The notes: a model not told the origin generated them from the letters alone. A stretch of 64,000 nt of DNA from Octopus sinensis (GCF_006345805.1 NC_042999.1:88970001-89034000); one strand, 5' to 3'; shown: positions 1 to 13,160, counted from the first letter of the stretch. Made by a program: numbers and translations.

Positions 1-642
1 ATCTAATCGCTGTCCTGTTCTCCTACTGTTGTCAAAGAGTATTCATTTCTCATCACAAGTAATGGTTTGATGCAAAAGCGGTCTTTTTCCAGTTGAGAAA
101 GCAATAAAGAGCACACTTCAAGGCGTCTGTTTTTTCTTTTTTTTAATCTCGTTCAGTTGATGTGGAACAAGCCTATCTGTTTTCTTCACTTTTCCAATTT
201 TTTGCAGGTGTCCAAAAACAGTTGTGCGAGATGTTAGGAGTTCTGATGAAAGTTTTCGAACCTTTGTTCTCGTATTTTGTTCAACCAAAGCATTTAATCC
301 ATCATGCTGAATAACTGATTTTGGCCTACCCCTTGGTTTATTTTCAAGGCTATCATCTCCTGAACGAGAGTTTTCGAATGTGTCAACAAAAGCATTCCCA
401 AAGACCCGCTTGATATTCCATAGAGCTTCTGCGGCAGAGTGACCTAGTTTGTACTCATAAGAGAAAATCACTCGACATAGTTTGGCTGTTATCATTTTCA
501 TAAAGTCTGTGGATATGAATTTTGTATACCAATATCGTTGGGAAAGAAAAAGAGTCAAGATTAGATGCAAGATATACATCATTGAGTTTTTAAATGACTG
601 AAATAACAAGTAATTAAAAATGCGACATTTCATGCGAAACAA
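1..642 (-). mobile_element. Degraded mariner (Tc1/mariner, D,D34D) transposase, N-terminal half
   Basis: ORF 118-642 has the mariner HTH region (YEYKLGHSAAEALWNIK, LENKPRGRP, KIGKVKKTDRLVPHQL). After a frameshift the reading continues ITCDEK*, the first catalytic motif ending in a stop. Confidence 0.85.
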
Positions 643-644
643 CC

Positions 645-711
<67 letters not shown>

Positions 712-720
712 ATATATATA

Positions 721-950
721 TATCGTTGCTATTATGCCAAAGTATCGTAAGTCAAAAACGTTGCTTTTACAGAAAACGAAAGAATAGTTTTACCATTCCG
801 TAGCAAAATCGTTGTTCCACACTATGAGAATTTTCATATCTTGGCATTTAAAGCAGCTGGAGATACGATAAGCAAAAATAAATATCGAAAAAAACAACGC
901 ATTTGGTCAAATTTGGACATACAACAGTTTAACATAATAACAATGATAAT
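721..950. mobile_element. Possible small MITE inside a (TA)n tract
   Basis: Imperfect 16-bp terminal inverted repeat (tatcgttgctattatg / cataataacaatgata), flanked by TA runs. Confidence 0.3.
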
Positions 951-976
951 ATATATATATATATAATATAATATCT

Positions 977-1270
977 GGAGGCACATGGCCTAGTAGTTAG
1001 AGCAGTGAACTCGTGGTCGAGGGATCCTGGGTTCGAATCTCAGACCGGGCGATGCGAAACACCTAAACTCCACGGGGCTCCGGCAGAAGCTAATGGCGAA
1101 CTTCTTACTGACTCTTCCGCCACAACTTTCTCTCACTCTTTCCTCCTGCATCTAGCAGCTCACCTGCGACAGGCTGGCGTCCCGTCCAGGTGGGGAACCT
1201 ATACGCCAATGAAACTGGGTAACAGGCCCTTATGAACTAGACATGGCTCAAGAAGGAACAGCAACAACAA
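977..1270 (+). mobile_element. tRNA-derived SINE
   Basis: Pol III A-box-like tggcctagtagttagag and B-box ggttcgaatc, followed by a body with ctggcgtcccgtccagg and a (caa)n tail. Related copies lie near 16790-17010 and 48470-48700. Confidence 0.7.
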
Positions 1271-1278
1271 TATATAAC

Positions 1279-1312
<34 letters not shown>

Positions 1313-1320
1313 ATACATAC

Positions 1321-1375
<55 letters not shown>

Positions 1376-1429
1376 TGTATGTACATATGTGTTTATATGT
1401 GTGTGTGTGTGTGCGTGCGCGCGCGCGTG

Positions 1430-1632
1430 TATGTTCTTCACTGCTGCTTGACAACTGCCGTTGGTATGTTTACGCCCCCATAATTTAGCGGCTCCGCCAA
1501 AGAGACCCTTATAACAAGTACCATGCTTAAACAATAAGTACTGGGGTCAATTCGTTCAGTTTAACTCTTCAAGTCGGTGCCCCAGCATGGCCACGATCCA
1601 ATGACTGAAAGAAGTAAAAGATAAAAGATAAA
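1430..1632 (+). mobile_element. 3' module of the abundant composite SINE
   Basis: Matches the module cttgacaac...aataagtact...ccagcatggcc...aatgactgaaa-(taaaaga)n that recurs many times in the window. Confidence 0.75.
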
Positions 1633-2209
1633 AGTGTAGTATTAGAATGGCTAGAGAATGAATTCCTGAGAGAAAAATCTATGGGAAGGAGATGGGGGGG
1701 GGGATATTAGTGCTAGACCGTGACGGAGGATGTGATACAAAACAAACATAGAGGAAATAGGGTTGCGCTTTGATAGTCCAGACAAATAGAATCATTGCAA
1801 TAGTGATATAGGTGGCAAAGAAATGGACCAGTGCATTGTAAGTTAGTGGCTGAAATGTGTTATATGCATACATACATACATACGCATGTATAGCCACTCA
1901 CATATCTTAACGTATACGTATATGCATACGTATAAATATGTATGTGTGTGTAAGTGTGTGAGTATGTGTGTGTGTGTGTGTCTGTGCATGTGTTTGTTTA
2001 CATATCCTTACCCGAAGATTGAAATCTACGAAACTGTGGCACAACGTATGCTTTTGACGTTAGAGGACCATCGAAGGCTAATCAGAAGATATTCCAATCA
2101 AAAAAGAATGCCATGAGTTTAAATTTGCTTATTTCTGTAATTCTTTCGTTGTTTTGAGTTAAAAACTTGATCGTGCCGGCTCACTGCTTCAAACATCACA
2201 TCACATAAT

Positions 2210-2255
<46 letters not shown>

Positions 2256-2419
2256 GTAGTAGTAGTAAAGATGTTTATGATGAGGACGACGATGAGGATA
2301 AGGAGGATTGGGAAGAAGGAGGGTGAAAAGGAAGACAAGAAAGAAGAAGAGGGGTAGAAGAAGGAAGAAGAGGACGACGATAATATAATAATAATGATGG
2401 TGATGGTTTTTTTGTTTTT

Positions 2420-2555
2420 CCATCTGCTTACAAGGACGCTGCCATGAGCAAAACACAAGTTTCTGAGTAGTTTCCACACTTTAGGAATGGTCACTTGTCG
2501 CTTGAAGACCAATCTCGTTCAGGACGATCGTCGACCTCCTAAACGAATGAAAACT
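2420..2555 (+). mobile_element. Mariner transposase fragment
   Basis: Translates YKDAAMSKTQVSE*FPHFRNGHLSLEDQSRSGRSSTS; same family as 5115-6002. Confidence 0.75.
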
Positions 2556-2886
2556 CAACTGGCACTCATTTTATCGACCTCGAAAGGATGAAAGGCAAGG
2601 TGCCTCACACATTGAGAAGAGCATTGTCGCTGTGAATTTTCTTTCCTTTCCTCGATTTTTCGTTGTTTTTCTTCTTTTTTTTACTATTTTTTCCTTTTCT
2701 CCCTTTTTCTTTCTTTTTTCGTTTTTTTTTTCTATCACATATATTGACTTTATAAATGGATAAGCTTGTATGTTTATTTTAATGACCTATCAATGTATAC
2801 AGTGAACTCTTTTGCCCTAGGTGTCAGGAAGACACTCGGCAAGAAATGGAAACAAATCTGAAAGAAGAAAAATAATGAGAATAATA

Positions 2887-3293
2887 AGATGGGCTACTGC
2901 AAATATTCCGTTCAATACCACAGATTTGCTTTTCGATTGCTTGACCGTAACCAGTTGAGCATGTCCCTTAATATGTCCTGACGATATATGCGTCCTTGCT
3001 CACGATCCGGAAGAGTGGGGAGCCATATGTTGGGAGAGATTCTTTATGTTTATGGATGTTTCATCCATCATCCCTAAACAACCCTTATCCAGGGACGTTT
3101 TGAGCGGGATGTGCAACTAGACCTGTAAAAAAAAAATTCTAACTGGACCCCACCTGCAAGGTCATGCGGTGTTTATCATGATATTGAGGTCACTGTGTCG
3201 CGCACATATGGTTGTGATAAATGTACCTCGTGTACCCTTATGATGAGTATATTGGGCTTCGTCACTTTGATGGTGTGTGCTGCTCCTTCACTC
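2887..3293 (+). mobile_element. Non-coding retroposon ending in a (TAA)n tract
   Basis: Diverged reverse-complement match to 54244-54800; the 3' end cactcaataata runs into (TAA)n. Confidence 0.7.
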
Positions 3294-3351
3294 AATAATA
3301 CCAATAATAATAATAACAACAATAATGATAATGATAATAATAATAATAATG

Positions 3352-3398
<47 letters not shown>

Positions 3399-5114
3399 GA
3401 TAACAATCTTCTTTACATTCGCCATAATGATTAGTATTCCTTGTATTAGGCCACAGGGTTTTAATTCAGATTTCTCCCTTCAGAGCTATAAAATATGACT
3501 GCAAAACTAGTTTATGCTTTCATTAAATATATGATATGATGATCTTAGCAAACACATGGTCGAAATTTAGGTTAGTGATGTAATGACGAATAAAGTAGGT
3601 AAATCATGTCGGAGGTGTTCTCATTTTAGTTGAACTTTCAACAGAAGAGCGTCGTCTGGTGGATTCGTTTCTCAATGAAGATATATAAATAGGACGAAAT
3701 CAATCTTCTTGGTGAAAAAAAAATGTTAATGTGGAATTGTTTAATGGGTAGTGAAATGTCTCTAAATTCAAAGAAGGTGAATGTCTGCAGATGGAAGGTT
3801 CTCAGGAAAGAAAAAAAATCGATAGGAATATCATACCAAAATATTTCTATATGGTTTTAAATGACAGGAAGAAGTAGCCAAAATTGAATTTCTCAGTTAT
3901 TATCTTCTTTTCATGTTATATATTTTAATTGTTATTCATTTTCTCAGCCACTATTTCCTGCATTAATAGCAATTTCCTGACATCTTGCTTGTCTTCAGTG
4001 ATAAAACTGTGGCTAAAAATAAAATTAAAATTAAACGGACAGAAGAAAATGAAATTATCAATTAAGTAACAAATTTATTTTCCCCACAGGTAGATGATTT
4101 CAGCGCCAGGAATAAATGCCATCTTCTTTGGAATGGTGCTAGCAAATAATAGCATCATTATGTGATCTAGAAAAAGTGGACCATTATTAGAGTTCGCGTT
4201 TGTTTATATTTTTATTGCGCCCTTGTTTTTTTTTGTTTTGTTTTTTTTTTTCTTTTCTCAAGAAGTGAGAAAGGAAAAGGGAGAATGATAATTAGACAAA
4301 TATATTTTTATCTTCGTGGAGCTAATTTAGATATTGTAACAAACCATTCCTGAAGGGTTTTCTGTAGACTAGAATATAAACACGTTTTTCTCATAGTTTT
4401 TCTCAATCTCCATAGAATGTGTGCGCGCGTGTGTGTGTGTGTGCGTGTGTATGTTTATGTATGTATATATGTGTATACATATATACATACATACATACAT
4501 ACATACGTATATATATATTTATACATTCAAACACACACACACACATAAATATATATAAGTAAATTATTTATATCATATCGAGAATATTAACCTGAAACAT
4601 TTGTGTGTTAATGTATGCAAACTCCGCCTGCAATTGCTTTACACTAAAGAGGGAGGATTGCTTATAAAGGGCCTAGTTATTTTATGACACCTAAACATTA
4701 TTTTACTACAAGAATTTAGAAGTGAGATTTTATTAGTCATTGCTGTAGAGGTTAACATTTAAGAGGGCCACACGCACACACACACAAACACACATATACA
4801 CATACATATATGCACACACACACACACGGCTTAGTGGTTACGATGTTTGTTTTACGATCATACGGTCCTAGGTTCGGTACCTGGATAAGGCAGTGCCATT
4901 GTGTCTTTGTGCAACGTACATCAGTTTTGTTCGCTAGACTTCAAGTCAGTACCTATGTTTTCAGATGTTCAATGTATATCTTAAGATTTTAGCAACATGG
5001 TGTTTTCTCTAGCGTTATAAAGCTAATTTTACTGATTTAGTGATATCTTCCAAAACCATATCTAGTGATCCTATTGTAACAGGAATAACCGTTACATCTT
5101 CGTAGTTCCAAAGC

Positions 5115-6002
5115 TACAAGGGAGTGCCCAAAACGCTGCGGAATTTTGCAATATTATTTCATTCACTTGGTTTTTACATGTTTACTCTTTTATCGCCTTC
5201 AAAATATTTTCCATTTGAAGCAATGCATTTGTCCAGGCGCGTTTTCCACTATTCGATGCAGCGCTGGAATTCTTGCGAAGTGATGCTCTTTAACGCCTCC
5301 GTTGTTTTTTCTTCATCCGCAAATTCCGTAGCACCAACTTTCATCACCAGTGATGACCTTCAAGAAAAGGTCCGGATCAACTTCCAACTGTTTTTTCAGT
5401 TTACGGCACGTATTCAGTCGTGACTGCTTTTGATCTTCCGTGAGCAAGCGAAGCATAACTTTTGTTGCAACTCTTTTCATTCGCAATTCCTCGCTAAAAA
5501 TTCGTTGGCAGAAGCTCCAGGAAACACTAGTTATGTCGACAAGTTCGTCAATTATTCAGTGATGGACCCCATTAGATCCGTTCATGAATTTTCATGATGT
5601 CTTCATTCGTTCGGGAGGTCGAATGAAATTGGTCTTCAAGCGGCAAGTAACCATTCCTAAAGCATGAAAACAACTCGTAAACGTGTTATGCTCATGACAG
5701 CGTTCCTTGTAAACTGTTTCAGGTATGACAATTGTTTCGGCCGCCGTTTTTCCTAGCAGAAAACAGAATTTCACGGAAACACGCTGATCCTTCGTTTCAG
5801 TCATCGCAAAAATCGACGAACAGGGTAGAAGCACTGCAAATCAAAGACGCACCACGTGGTAGTACGACTTTATCAGACGACGCTGGTTGGCAGACTGATG
5901 TCTGAGAGTCACAATCAAGCGGCTTCTAGCGGCGGAAGCCTGAACTACAATGGGCTTGTCCCATAGAGAACGTTTTCAGTTACTTTTGGGTACGCCCTCG
6001 TA
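5115..6002 (-). mobile_element. Internally deleted mariner element with both TIRs
   Basis: TA-flanked imperfect TIRs (tacaagggagtgcccaaaa / ttttgggtacgccctcgta). Coding remnants are MTETKDQRVSVKFCFLLGKTAAET and KVITGDESWCY; most of the catalytic region is deleted. Confidence 0.85.
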
Positions 6003-6260
6003 TTTCAATTCCTTCTGTAAATCCTGATATTTACCTATCTTCTCATTTACTCTTTTCTTCAATCTTTTTTTTTCTTCCAAGAAGCAGGCATCATTTGTTA
6101 TTACTTAAGTTTTAGTATATATTTTTCTAGCACAACGATATATGGTCTTGGCTGTTCCAGTTCTTTGTCTCAATTTTTATTTCTTATATTCATTTTTTGC
6201 CCGATCGTTTTCAGCAGCTTTCGTTGGCTTATGCATCTATTGTAATCGGTGGACTGGAAG

Positions 6261-6701
6261 AACCGTTGGATCTTTTCGGTTTGAACGGCAGTTTTTTTCT
6301 AGTGGTGTCGTATGAAATTGTCACCCATAATTATGACCCTAGTATCGATCTATTGCATTTCAATCTGTTTAAGGGTTAGAGTTAGGGTTAGGGGTGGGGG
6401 GAATGGTATCTTTTTTTCTTCCCAAATGTAAATAAACCCAATTTGTTTCTTAAACGAGGGACATATTCATACGGCACAGAATGTTTTTTTTACCTCAACA
6501 GACGTCAGTGATTGGTTGAAATTGCAGAAATTGAAGAAAATAAACAACAAATATCTTACAAACTATAGAATTTTCCCAATAAAGCTAAGAGAAAAAGATG
6601 TTTTATAAACACATTCTACCAGTATAAGAAGTTTAAAATTTTTTAGTTACCTAGAAATTATGCTAAAAACTGCCGTTCAAACCGAAAAGATCCGAACCGT
6701 T
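6261..6701. mobile_element. MITE with ~30-bp TIRs
   Basis: ggatcttttcggtttgaacggcagttttt (6268-6296) is the reverse complement of 6665-6693. The interior has a short ttagggttaggg stretch. Confidence 0.75.
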
Positions 6702-7132
6702 AGAGTATCTGACGAAATTATGCGCGATATTTGTTCCGTTTCAAATCTCGCAACGGCCATCATTGGCTTTTATCTTCTCAGTTTCGACTGCTCCTATTCC
6801 TCCAAGTTGCTTGGCCTACTGTCTACGTTAGAAATGTTTAGTCTCTCTCTCTCTCTCTCTCTCTCTTATTGTTTCAAATGCTTCTTGATAGTATGTCATG
6901 AATCAACTTTGTATTACTTGCGTGCAACAGTTGATCCGTCATTCTCGACGTCTTAAAGATATATCAACAACGGTGTGGTAGTGGTGGTAGTAGTAGGAGA
7001 AATTTGGTAGGGTTTAACGGTGGTAGTCATTTGTTTTGTTTTGTTTTTATTTTTTGTTTATTTATTTTTGGATTATACTACCAGTTCATTGTTAGTTTAT
7101 TTCTCCCCACTTATCAATCTGAGGTTAATCCT

Positions 7133-7531
7133 TTCTACTATAGGCACAATGCCTGAAATTTGAGGTGAGGGGGCCAGTCGATTAGATCGACCGCATTACG
7201 CAACTGGTATTTAATTTATCGACTCCAAAAAGATGAAAGGCAAAGTTGACCTCGGCGGAATTTGAACTCAGAACGTAGCGGCAGACGAAATACCTATTTC
7301 TTTACTACCCACAAGGAGCTAAACACAGAGAGGACAAACAAGGACAGACAAACAAACGGATTAAGTCGATTACATCGACCCCAGTGTGTAACTGGTACTT
7401 AATTTATCGACCCCAAAAGGATGAAAGGTAAAGTCGTCCTCGGCGGAATTTGAACTCAGAACGCAGCGACGGACGAAATACCACAAAGCATTTCGCCCGG
7501 CGTGCTAACGTCTCTGCCAGCTCGCCGCCTT
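7133..7531 (-). mobile_element. tRNA-derived SINE, tandem dimer of the body
   Basis: Head gaaggcggcgagctggcaga...gagttcaaattcc, central gcctttcatcctttyggggtcgataaattaagtacc, body repeated head-to-tail. Confidence 0.8.
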
Positions 7532-8129
7532 CAGTCTGAAGTTAATGTTCATGAATGATTACTGTATCGTACTGACTGACTCTTGCTTGACGATGACGTC
7601 ATTCTAACTCCTATGGGTTCGTCACAGTAATCGCTTTCATTAACATGACGTGGGGAATAAAAGGTAATTAAACACATGCACCAGAATCAGAAGTAACAAA
7701 TATATATTTAGCAAATAGGGCATGTGTCGTGGGAAGGAGCGAACCAAACTATCGTTGTTGTTGTTCTCGTTTCACCTTTGCTAAATTCGAAGCGATTGAG
7801 GACCGAGCTCCCAAAGCTTCAAGCTGATCGCGCAACTTTTCGAGAGTACGAGCTGTTTTTTTTTTCTTTTTTTCCTTTTTTTTTTTTTGTGGGCATGTTA
7901 CTTGCTTTTGTAATATTCTTATTTTTAATGGTAAGAATGCTATTAAATATCATATTAAATTATCAACTAAATAACTGTGGACCAACAACAGGTGATTTTT
8001 ATAGGATTCTTACATAGGTTTTTATAAAAAATACTAACAAAATCTTCATTTCGAACTTCTGTTTATCCTAACCTCATACTTTTTGAAAACTGGCGGATCG
8101 GTACACAAAATGCTTAACAGTAGTTTTTC

Positions 8130-8374
8130 TTTTTTTTTTTTTTCTCGTTTCAGTCATTTGACAGTGGCCATGCTGGAGTACCGCCTTTAGTCGAACAAAT
8201 CGACCCAGGACTTATTCTTTGTTAGCCTTGTACTTATTCTATCGGTCGCTATTGCCGAACCGCTAGGTTACGGGGACGTAAACACCCCAGCATCGGTTGT
8301 CAAGCGATGCTGGGTGGGTGGGGCGACAAACACAGACACACAAACATATACACATACATACATACATACATACA

Positions 8375-8408
<34 letters not shown>

Positions 8409-8570
8409 CGACGGGCTTCTTTCAGTTTCCGTCTACCAAATCCATTCACAAGGCTTTGGTCGGCCCGAAGCTATAGTAGAAGACACGTGCCCAAGTTACT
8501 ACGCAGTGGGACTGAACCCAGAACCATGTGGTTAGTAAGCAAGCTACTTACCACACAGCCACTCCTACGC
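8130..8570 (-). mobile_element. Composite CORE-type SINE (head, microsatellite, 3' module)
   Basis: tRNA-like head with a CORE-like cttgggca.gtgtcttct, internal (TATG)n, and the conserved 3' module. Confidence 0.8.
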
Positions 8571-8639
8571 CTATAGTTGTTCAAGCTTTTTTAATTCTGC
8601 GTGATCTGGTGTGACGAACTTTGTATTTTGCTCATAATA

Positions 8640-9000
8640 ATACTTTCTATTATAGGCAAAAGGCTTGAAATTTGGGGGAGGGGAATAGTCGATTAAATCG
8701 ACCCCAGTGTTCAACTGGAACTTATTTTATCGATCTCAAAACGATAAAAAGGCAAAGTCGACCCCAGTGGAATTTGAACTCAGAACGTGAAGACGAACGA
8801 AATACTGCTTAGCATTTCGCTCGACGAGCTAACGATTCTACCAGTTCGCCGTCTTCATATCTAGCTCATAATAATCCTTTCTACTAAAGGTACACAAGGC
8901 CAGGAATTTTGGGGGAGAGGACTAGTTGATTACATCGACCGTAGTATTCAACTGGAACTTATTTTATCGATCCCGAAAGGATGAAAGGTAAAGTCGGTGC
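8640..9000 (-). mobile_element. Two diverged SINE copies
   Basis: Same central domain as 7133-7531. Confidence 0.7.
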
Positions 9001-9499
9001 ATGGGTCAAAATTCTCAGTGAGGTCCAATGTTGTTGTTGACTGATAATTCCAGTCCGTCCATATGGTATAACATTTTGTCTAATGCCACAATTCCACAAA
9101 TTCACAGCCCTTGTCTCAGATTACTATATCTACACCGGAAGCATAAAGGTAAAGTTGTTCCTTGGCGAGATTTGAACCTAGTACATGACAACCAGAACAA
9201 ATACTACAGTACATTTTGCTCCACGCTCTAACGATTCTGATTATTCGCCGTCTCGATGATGTTTGTTAGTTGCCTATAAAGTCATTATTTATAATAGTCT
9301 ATGTTTTGTTTTTGATCTAATAGCCGAACCTTTGTCGTTCGTATTTGTCTTGTACAAAGTGTTCAGCCATGATTACATGGTTAAGAAGCTCGCTTTGCAA
9401 ACATGTGGTTTCAAGTTCAGTCCCACTGCGCAGCACATTGGACAAGGTATTTTGGCGATATTAAAAAAGTAAATAAAAATCAAGGGGGAGATAACTAGT

Positions 9500-9765
9500 A
9501 AAGGGCCATACATCAGTCAGCTTACTGTTAAACAACAAATACTGTAGTAAGGAAACATGGTGAATTGCAATTTTCGCACTTGTATAAATTCATGATTAGT
9601 CGATACCGTGCCAACCACTGAAGAATATTGTCTCGAGATTCGGCTAATTGGGTGATATTCCAAGATTGATTCACGGTTGAGGATTTCAATTTCAGGAACA
9701 ACGAATTGCAGTCTCGCTGGTCTTCCACGTGCCATTCTGATCAATTCCAAGGTAAATAATATCCA
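9500..9765 (-). mobile_element. Possible Merlin/IS1595-like transposase N-terminal remnant
   Basis: SWNITQLAESRDNILQWLARYRLIMNLYKCENCNSPCFL resembles the zinc-ribbon N-terminus of Merlin-type transposases; no DDE core is present. Confidence 0.4.
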
Positions 9766-9910
9766 ATATTTATGACTTACGTATATCCCTTTACTAGTTA
9801 TCTCCCCCTTAATTTTTATTTACTTTTTAATATCACTAAACTGAACAATTACCTATACACACACACACATACACATGTATGTATGTATGTATGTATGTAT
9901 GTATGTTATG

Positions 9911-10456
9911 TCAGGTCAGGTCACTTTCGAGTGCTACTGGTAACATGTAACCCAGTACAACCTGTTGCATGGTCGGGTCGTCGGCGACTAAACCGGCAAC
10001 CCCACCAAGCTTGCTTGGTGAGGAGAGTGTTTATTGGACACCCTGCGGGATGAAAAACAAAACCCGTCAAAGGGTGGAGGAACTCTTGAGAGTCAACGGC
10101 CATCCAATAAATGTCTTAAGGCTGTATCATGCGCGGGGACATAGAAATAATCGGACTGAATATCCGATCGCGCAGTTAAACCATTGGGAGTGAAGGACTC
10201 CTAGCCTTTGTTAGGGCATCCTTCTAGGAGAAGGTAACTCAGGTAACTGGGATAACTCCGACATAAAACCTGCGGCTCAGTGGTAACCGATGATGTTGAC
10301 TTTTCGGATTATGGCTGCTGTTGCTTAGTGAGTGGGATCGACTCAGCGCACAGCCTTTCCTTACTTTAAAAAAAATCTTCTTGCACAGGCATTGCACGAT
10401 AATAACATTGATTAAGCTTCGTGCAATGGCCATACTCGATAACGAGGAGGCAGCCA
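9911..10456 (+). mobile_element. Non-autonomous RTE-related retroposon (5'UTR-like sequence plus short 3' end)
   Basis: RTE-5'UTR-like motif gggcatccttctaggagaaggtaactc and hairpin caccaagc-tt-gcttggtg. The 3' end gcaatggccatactcgataacgag..gcagcca recurs at ~28345-28382. Confidence 0.55.
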
Positions 10457-11049
10457 CCATGTATGTATGTATGTAACGGTGTTGTTATGTTAAAGATGAA
10501 AATGATGATGTTGGTGCTGACTCCAAGAAAGAAAGACAATGGCTGAAGTTATAGATAACCAAATTTTATTTACCGTTGCATAATATGTATAGCCAAACCA
10601 CGATGGGCAGACGTGTATAAAAACAATCGAGAGTTATTTTTTTTCTTGAATGAAAGTTGCTGTTTTCGTGTTTGCAAACTACTAGATGCTAAAATAGGGG
10701 TCAGAAGAAGAGAGAGTGGATGTAAGTTTAGGAAGTCGATAGTACGAGACTTTCAAGTTCCTGTCATTTAAGCAGCAGTGGAAAGAGAGATAGAATGGAT
10801 GAATGTGACTGGAAGTTCATAAAGTTGATAGGGTAAAACTTACGTGTACCCTGTCGTTCTCGGCAGTAGTTGATAGACAGAGTAAAGATGTTGTGAAAAG
10901 AAAGTGAGAAAGGTAAGAGAGTGGTGGACAAGACAACTGTATCGCTAGTTGATTCCGTAGCTGTCCTTCTATGATGTTACTTCAGTCGAGACGGCGTTTC
11001 ATTCGGACCGGTCGGCCTACTCCCTGTCGTTCGCTTTCACACACCAGCG

Positions 11050-11869
11050 CATATATAATTAAATGATAAATTTCTGGAAGGTTTACAGATTTTTACAATT
11101 CCAGTGATGGCTTGGATCTGTAGTCTTCGAATAAGCCTTCTCCTTTCTGGTTTGAGAACCCTAATGTCTCAAGTTAGGTACTTAGGCAAAGTGTTACATA
11201 TCTCAGTCCCCCAATAATTACAGGTATAAAACTGAACTTATAATCTGGGTAGAGTAACTATGGATGTTTCAATAGTTCAGCATAAGTTCTTTTTTTATTT
11301 ATTTATTTATTCATTTTTTTTTTCTGATCTTTAGCTTTATGCTAACATCCGCTGGGCAGCTGATTTTCACAGTTGTACAGTTTCTTTTCTCTATCCCAAA
11401 TCACTTTGTGAGGTTTATTATGTTTACATTCTATTGAAGTTTTCACTGGGACATTCCATCAGTACTCTTTCTTGTCATGTGTAACTGTAGCCTCCACCAT
11501 ACTTTGGGTTTTTATTCCTTTGGCTCCAGGGTTATCGTTCCGGCGGATCTCATTATACAGTATCTTCATATCTCATCGATAGACAATGTCATAATGATAT
11601 TTTTGGACAACCGTTTAGGATGTGCGTGATATATTCGGTGTTGACTCCACAAAGTCTGCATCGGTTATCAGATTTGATACTTTATCTGTGTCTCTGTCCA
11701 TTTTGTGCATCAGGCATTTGGTTGATATTTCCTCTTCCTGGATTGCTTACGCATACCCTTAAAGGTGGGAGTTAGTAATGCGGTTGTTGGTCCATGATAG
11801 ACTGCTTCGATGATCAACGTTACCATCCTATCATCTCAGAGTTTTTTGCTACCGTATCCACTCATGGTG

Positions 11870-11870
<1 letters not shown>
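11050..11870 (-). mobile_element. Dong/R4-clade LINE, degraded 3' end (CCHC knuckle plus restriction-like endonuclease)
   Basis: Translates CRLCGVNTEYITHILNGC, KHNKP..VIWDREKK, and RRLQIQAITGIVKICK, with stops and frameshifts. Confidence 0.75.
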
Positions 11871-11900
<30 letters not shown>

Positions 11901-12929
11901 TGTATGTATGTATGTATGTACATATGTCTCTTCAGTGTATAAACATTTAATTCTTCTAACAAAGATATAAAACTCCATCATTGGAATGTTGATAACGAAA
12001 ACAACGTCACATTTTAAACCTAAGAAAAGTCTTACTTAGTTTTACTATCCCACCTACAGATTGTACTTGTAATATGCGAATCAGTTAGCTGATTTCTTTT
12101 TCTGAAAATCCAAGCTTATTCAGACTGACGTATATATATTTTTAAGAGTATAGCCTAGTCAAGGCTCTATTTCATGCCATTTATATTTTCAGCATATATC
12201 TTCATGTCACCCATAAAATAGCTATGCATTTGAGTAGAGTTTCTGTTTTGCAGTGAGCCAATTAACAACATTAATTTTTTTTTCAACCAAAACGATAAAT
12301 AAAAGCTTTACTGAAATTATAAATAACCTCAAAGAGGCTGGCTCCTTGAAATACCTTCGAGACATTGTATTTTCTCTTGCAAGCTGTTTATACAGTATAG
12401 CAAAAATCCCCAGCCACCTGGCTGTGAACAATTTGATACCAGGCTACACAAAAGGAATAAATTTTTAATTTTATTTCCATTTTATCGTAATCTGCAGAGT
12501 GTTCTTTTCTTTTTGCATTATATGTGTACTATATATGTAATGTATATGTATTATATATGTAATAATTAAATGATATTTTATGCACTTTACTGCGTGTTAT
12601 TATGTGCGTAATCCCTTCAACTGTGGAAAGATTGTCTTGCATGAAACCGGTCTATGGTGCAAAAACAAAAACAAAAAAAAAATAATGATAATAACTCGCT
12701 ACTACACTCTCTTGATCACACCGTACTCTGGTCCTAGTGATGTGAGAGAGTTGTACCAGCAAATAGGTGGGACTCGTGTATAGGCGAGTAGACTGGAGCA
12801 ACATAAATTGAAGTGTCTTGTTCAAGGACACAACATGCCATCCAATCCAAGAATCGAACCCATGACGCTGGAGTCATGGTTCTAACAACCTTATCACAAG
12901 GCCACGAATCTTCACTAACCTGTTCATAT

Positions 12930-13160
12930 ATACCTATTTCTTTACTACCCACAAGGGGCTAAACACAGAGGGGACCAACAAGGACAGACAAACGGATTAA
13001 GCCGATTACATCGACCCCAGTGCGTAACTGGTACTTAATTTATCGACCCCGAAAGGATGAAAGGCAAAGTCGACTTCGGCGGAATTTGAACTCAGAACGT
13101 AACGGCAGACGAAATACGGCTACGCATTTTGCCCGGCGTGCTAACGTTTCTGCCAGCTCG
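12930..13160 (-). mobile_element. tRNA-derived SINE, near full length
   Basis: High identity to 22335-22565 in the opposite orientation. Confidence 0.85.

Noticed and set aside
977-1055. tRNA-like heads of SINEs as possible tRNA genes
   Set aside because: A and B boxes are present but there is no complete cloverleaf, and each continues into a SINE body.
6375-6400. ttagggttaggg telomere-like repeat
   Set aside because: Only 2-3 units, and internal to a MITE; not a telomere or a meaningful interstitial array.
7750-7855. Minus-strand peptide RTLEKLRDQLEALGARSSIASNLAK followed by a gtgaaa donor
   Set aside because: The upstream acceptor is a poly-A run with no pyrimidine tract, and no partner exons were found.
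10975-11015. GAAAC-GCC-GUC-UCGA-CUGAAGU, a type II hammerhead-like order on the minus strand
   Set aside because: Stem I is essentially absent, A9 is mutated and there is no stem II pairing.
12222-12468. Overlapping ~70-aa ORFs on both strands in non-repeat sequence
   Set aside because: No recognisable domain and no compatible exon chain; could be a terminal exon or conserved non-coding element, but unsupported.
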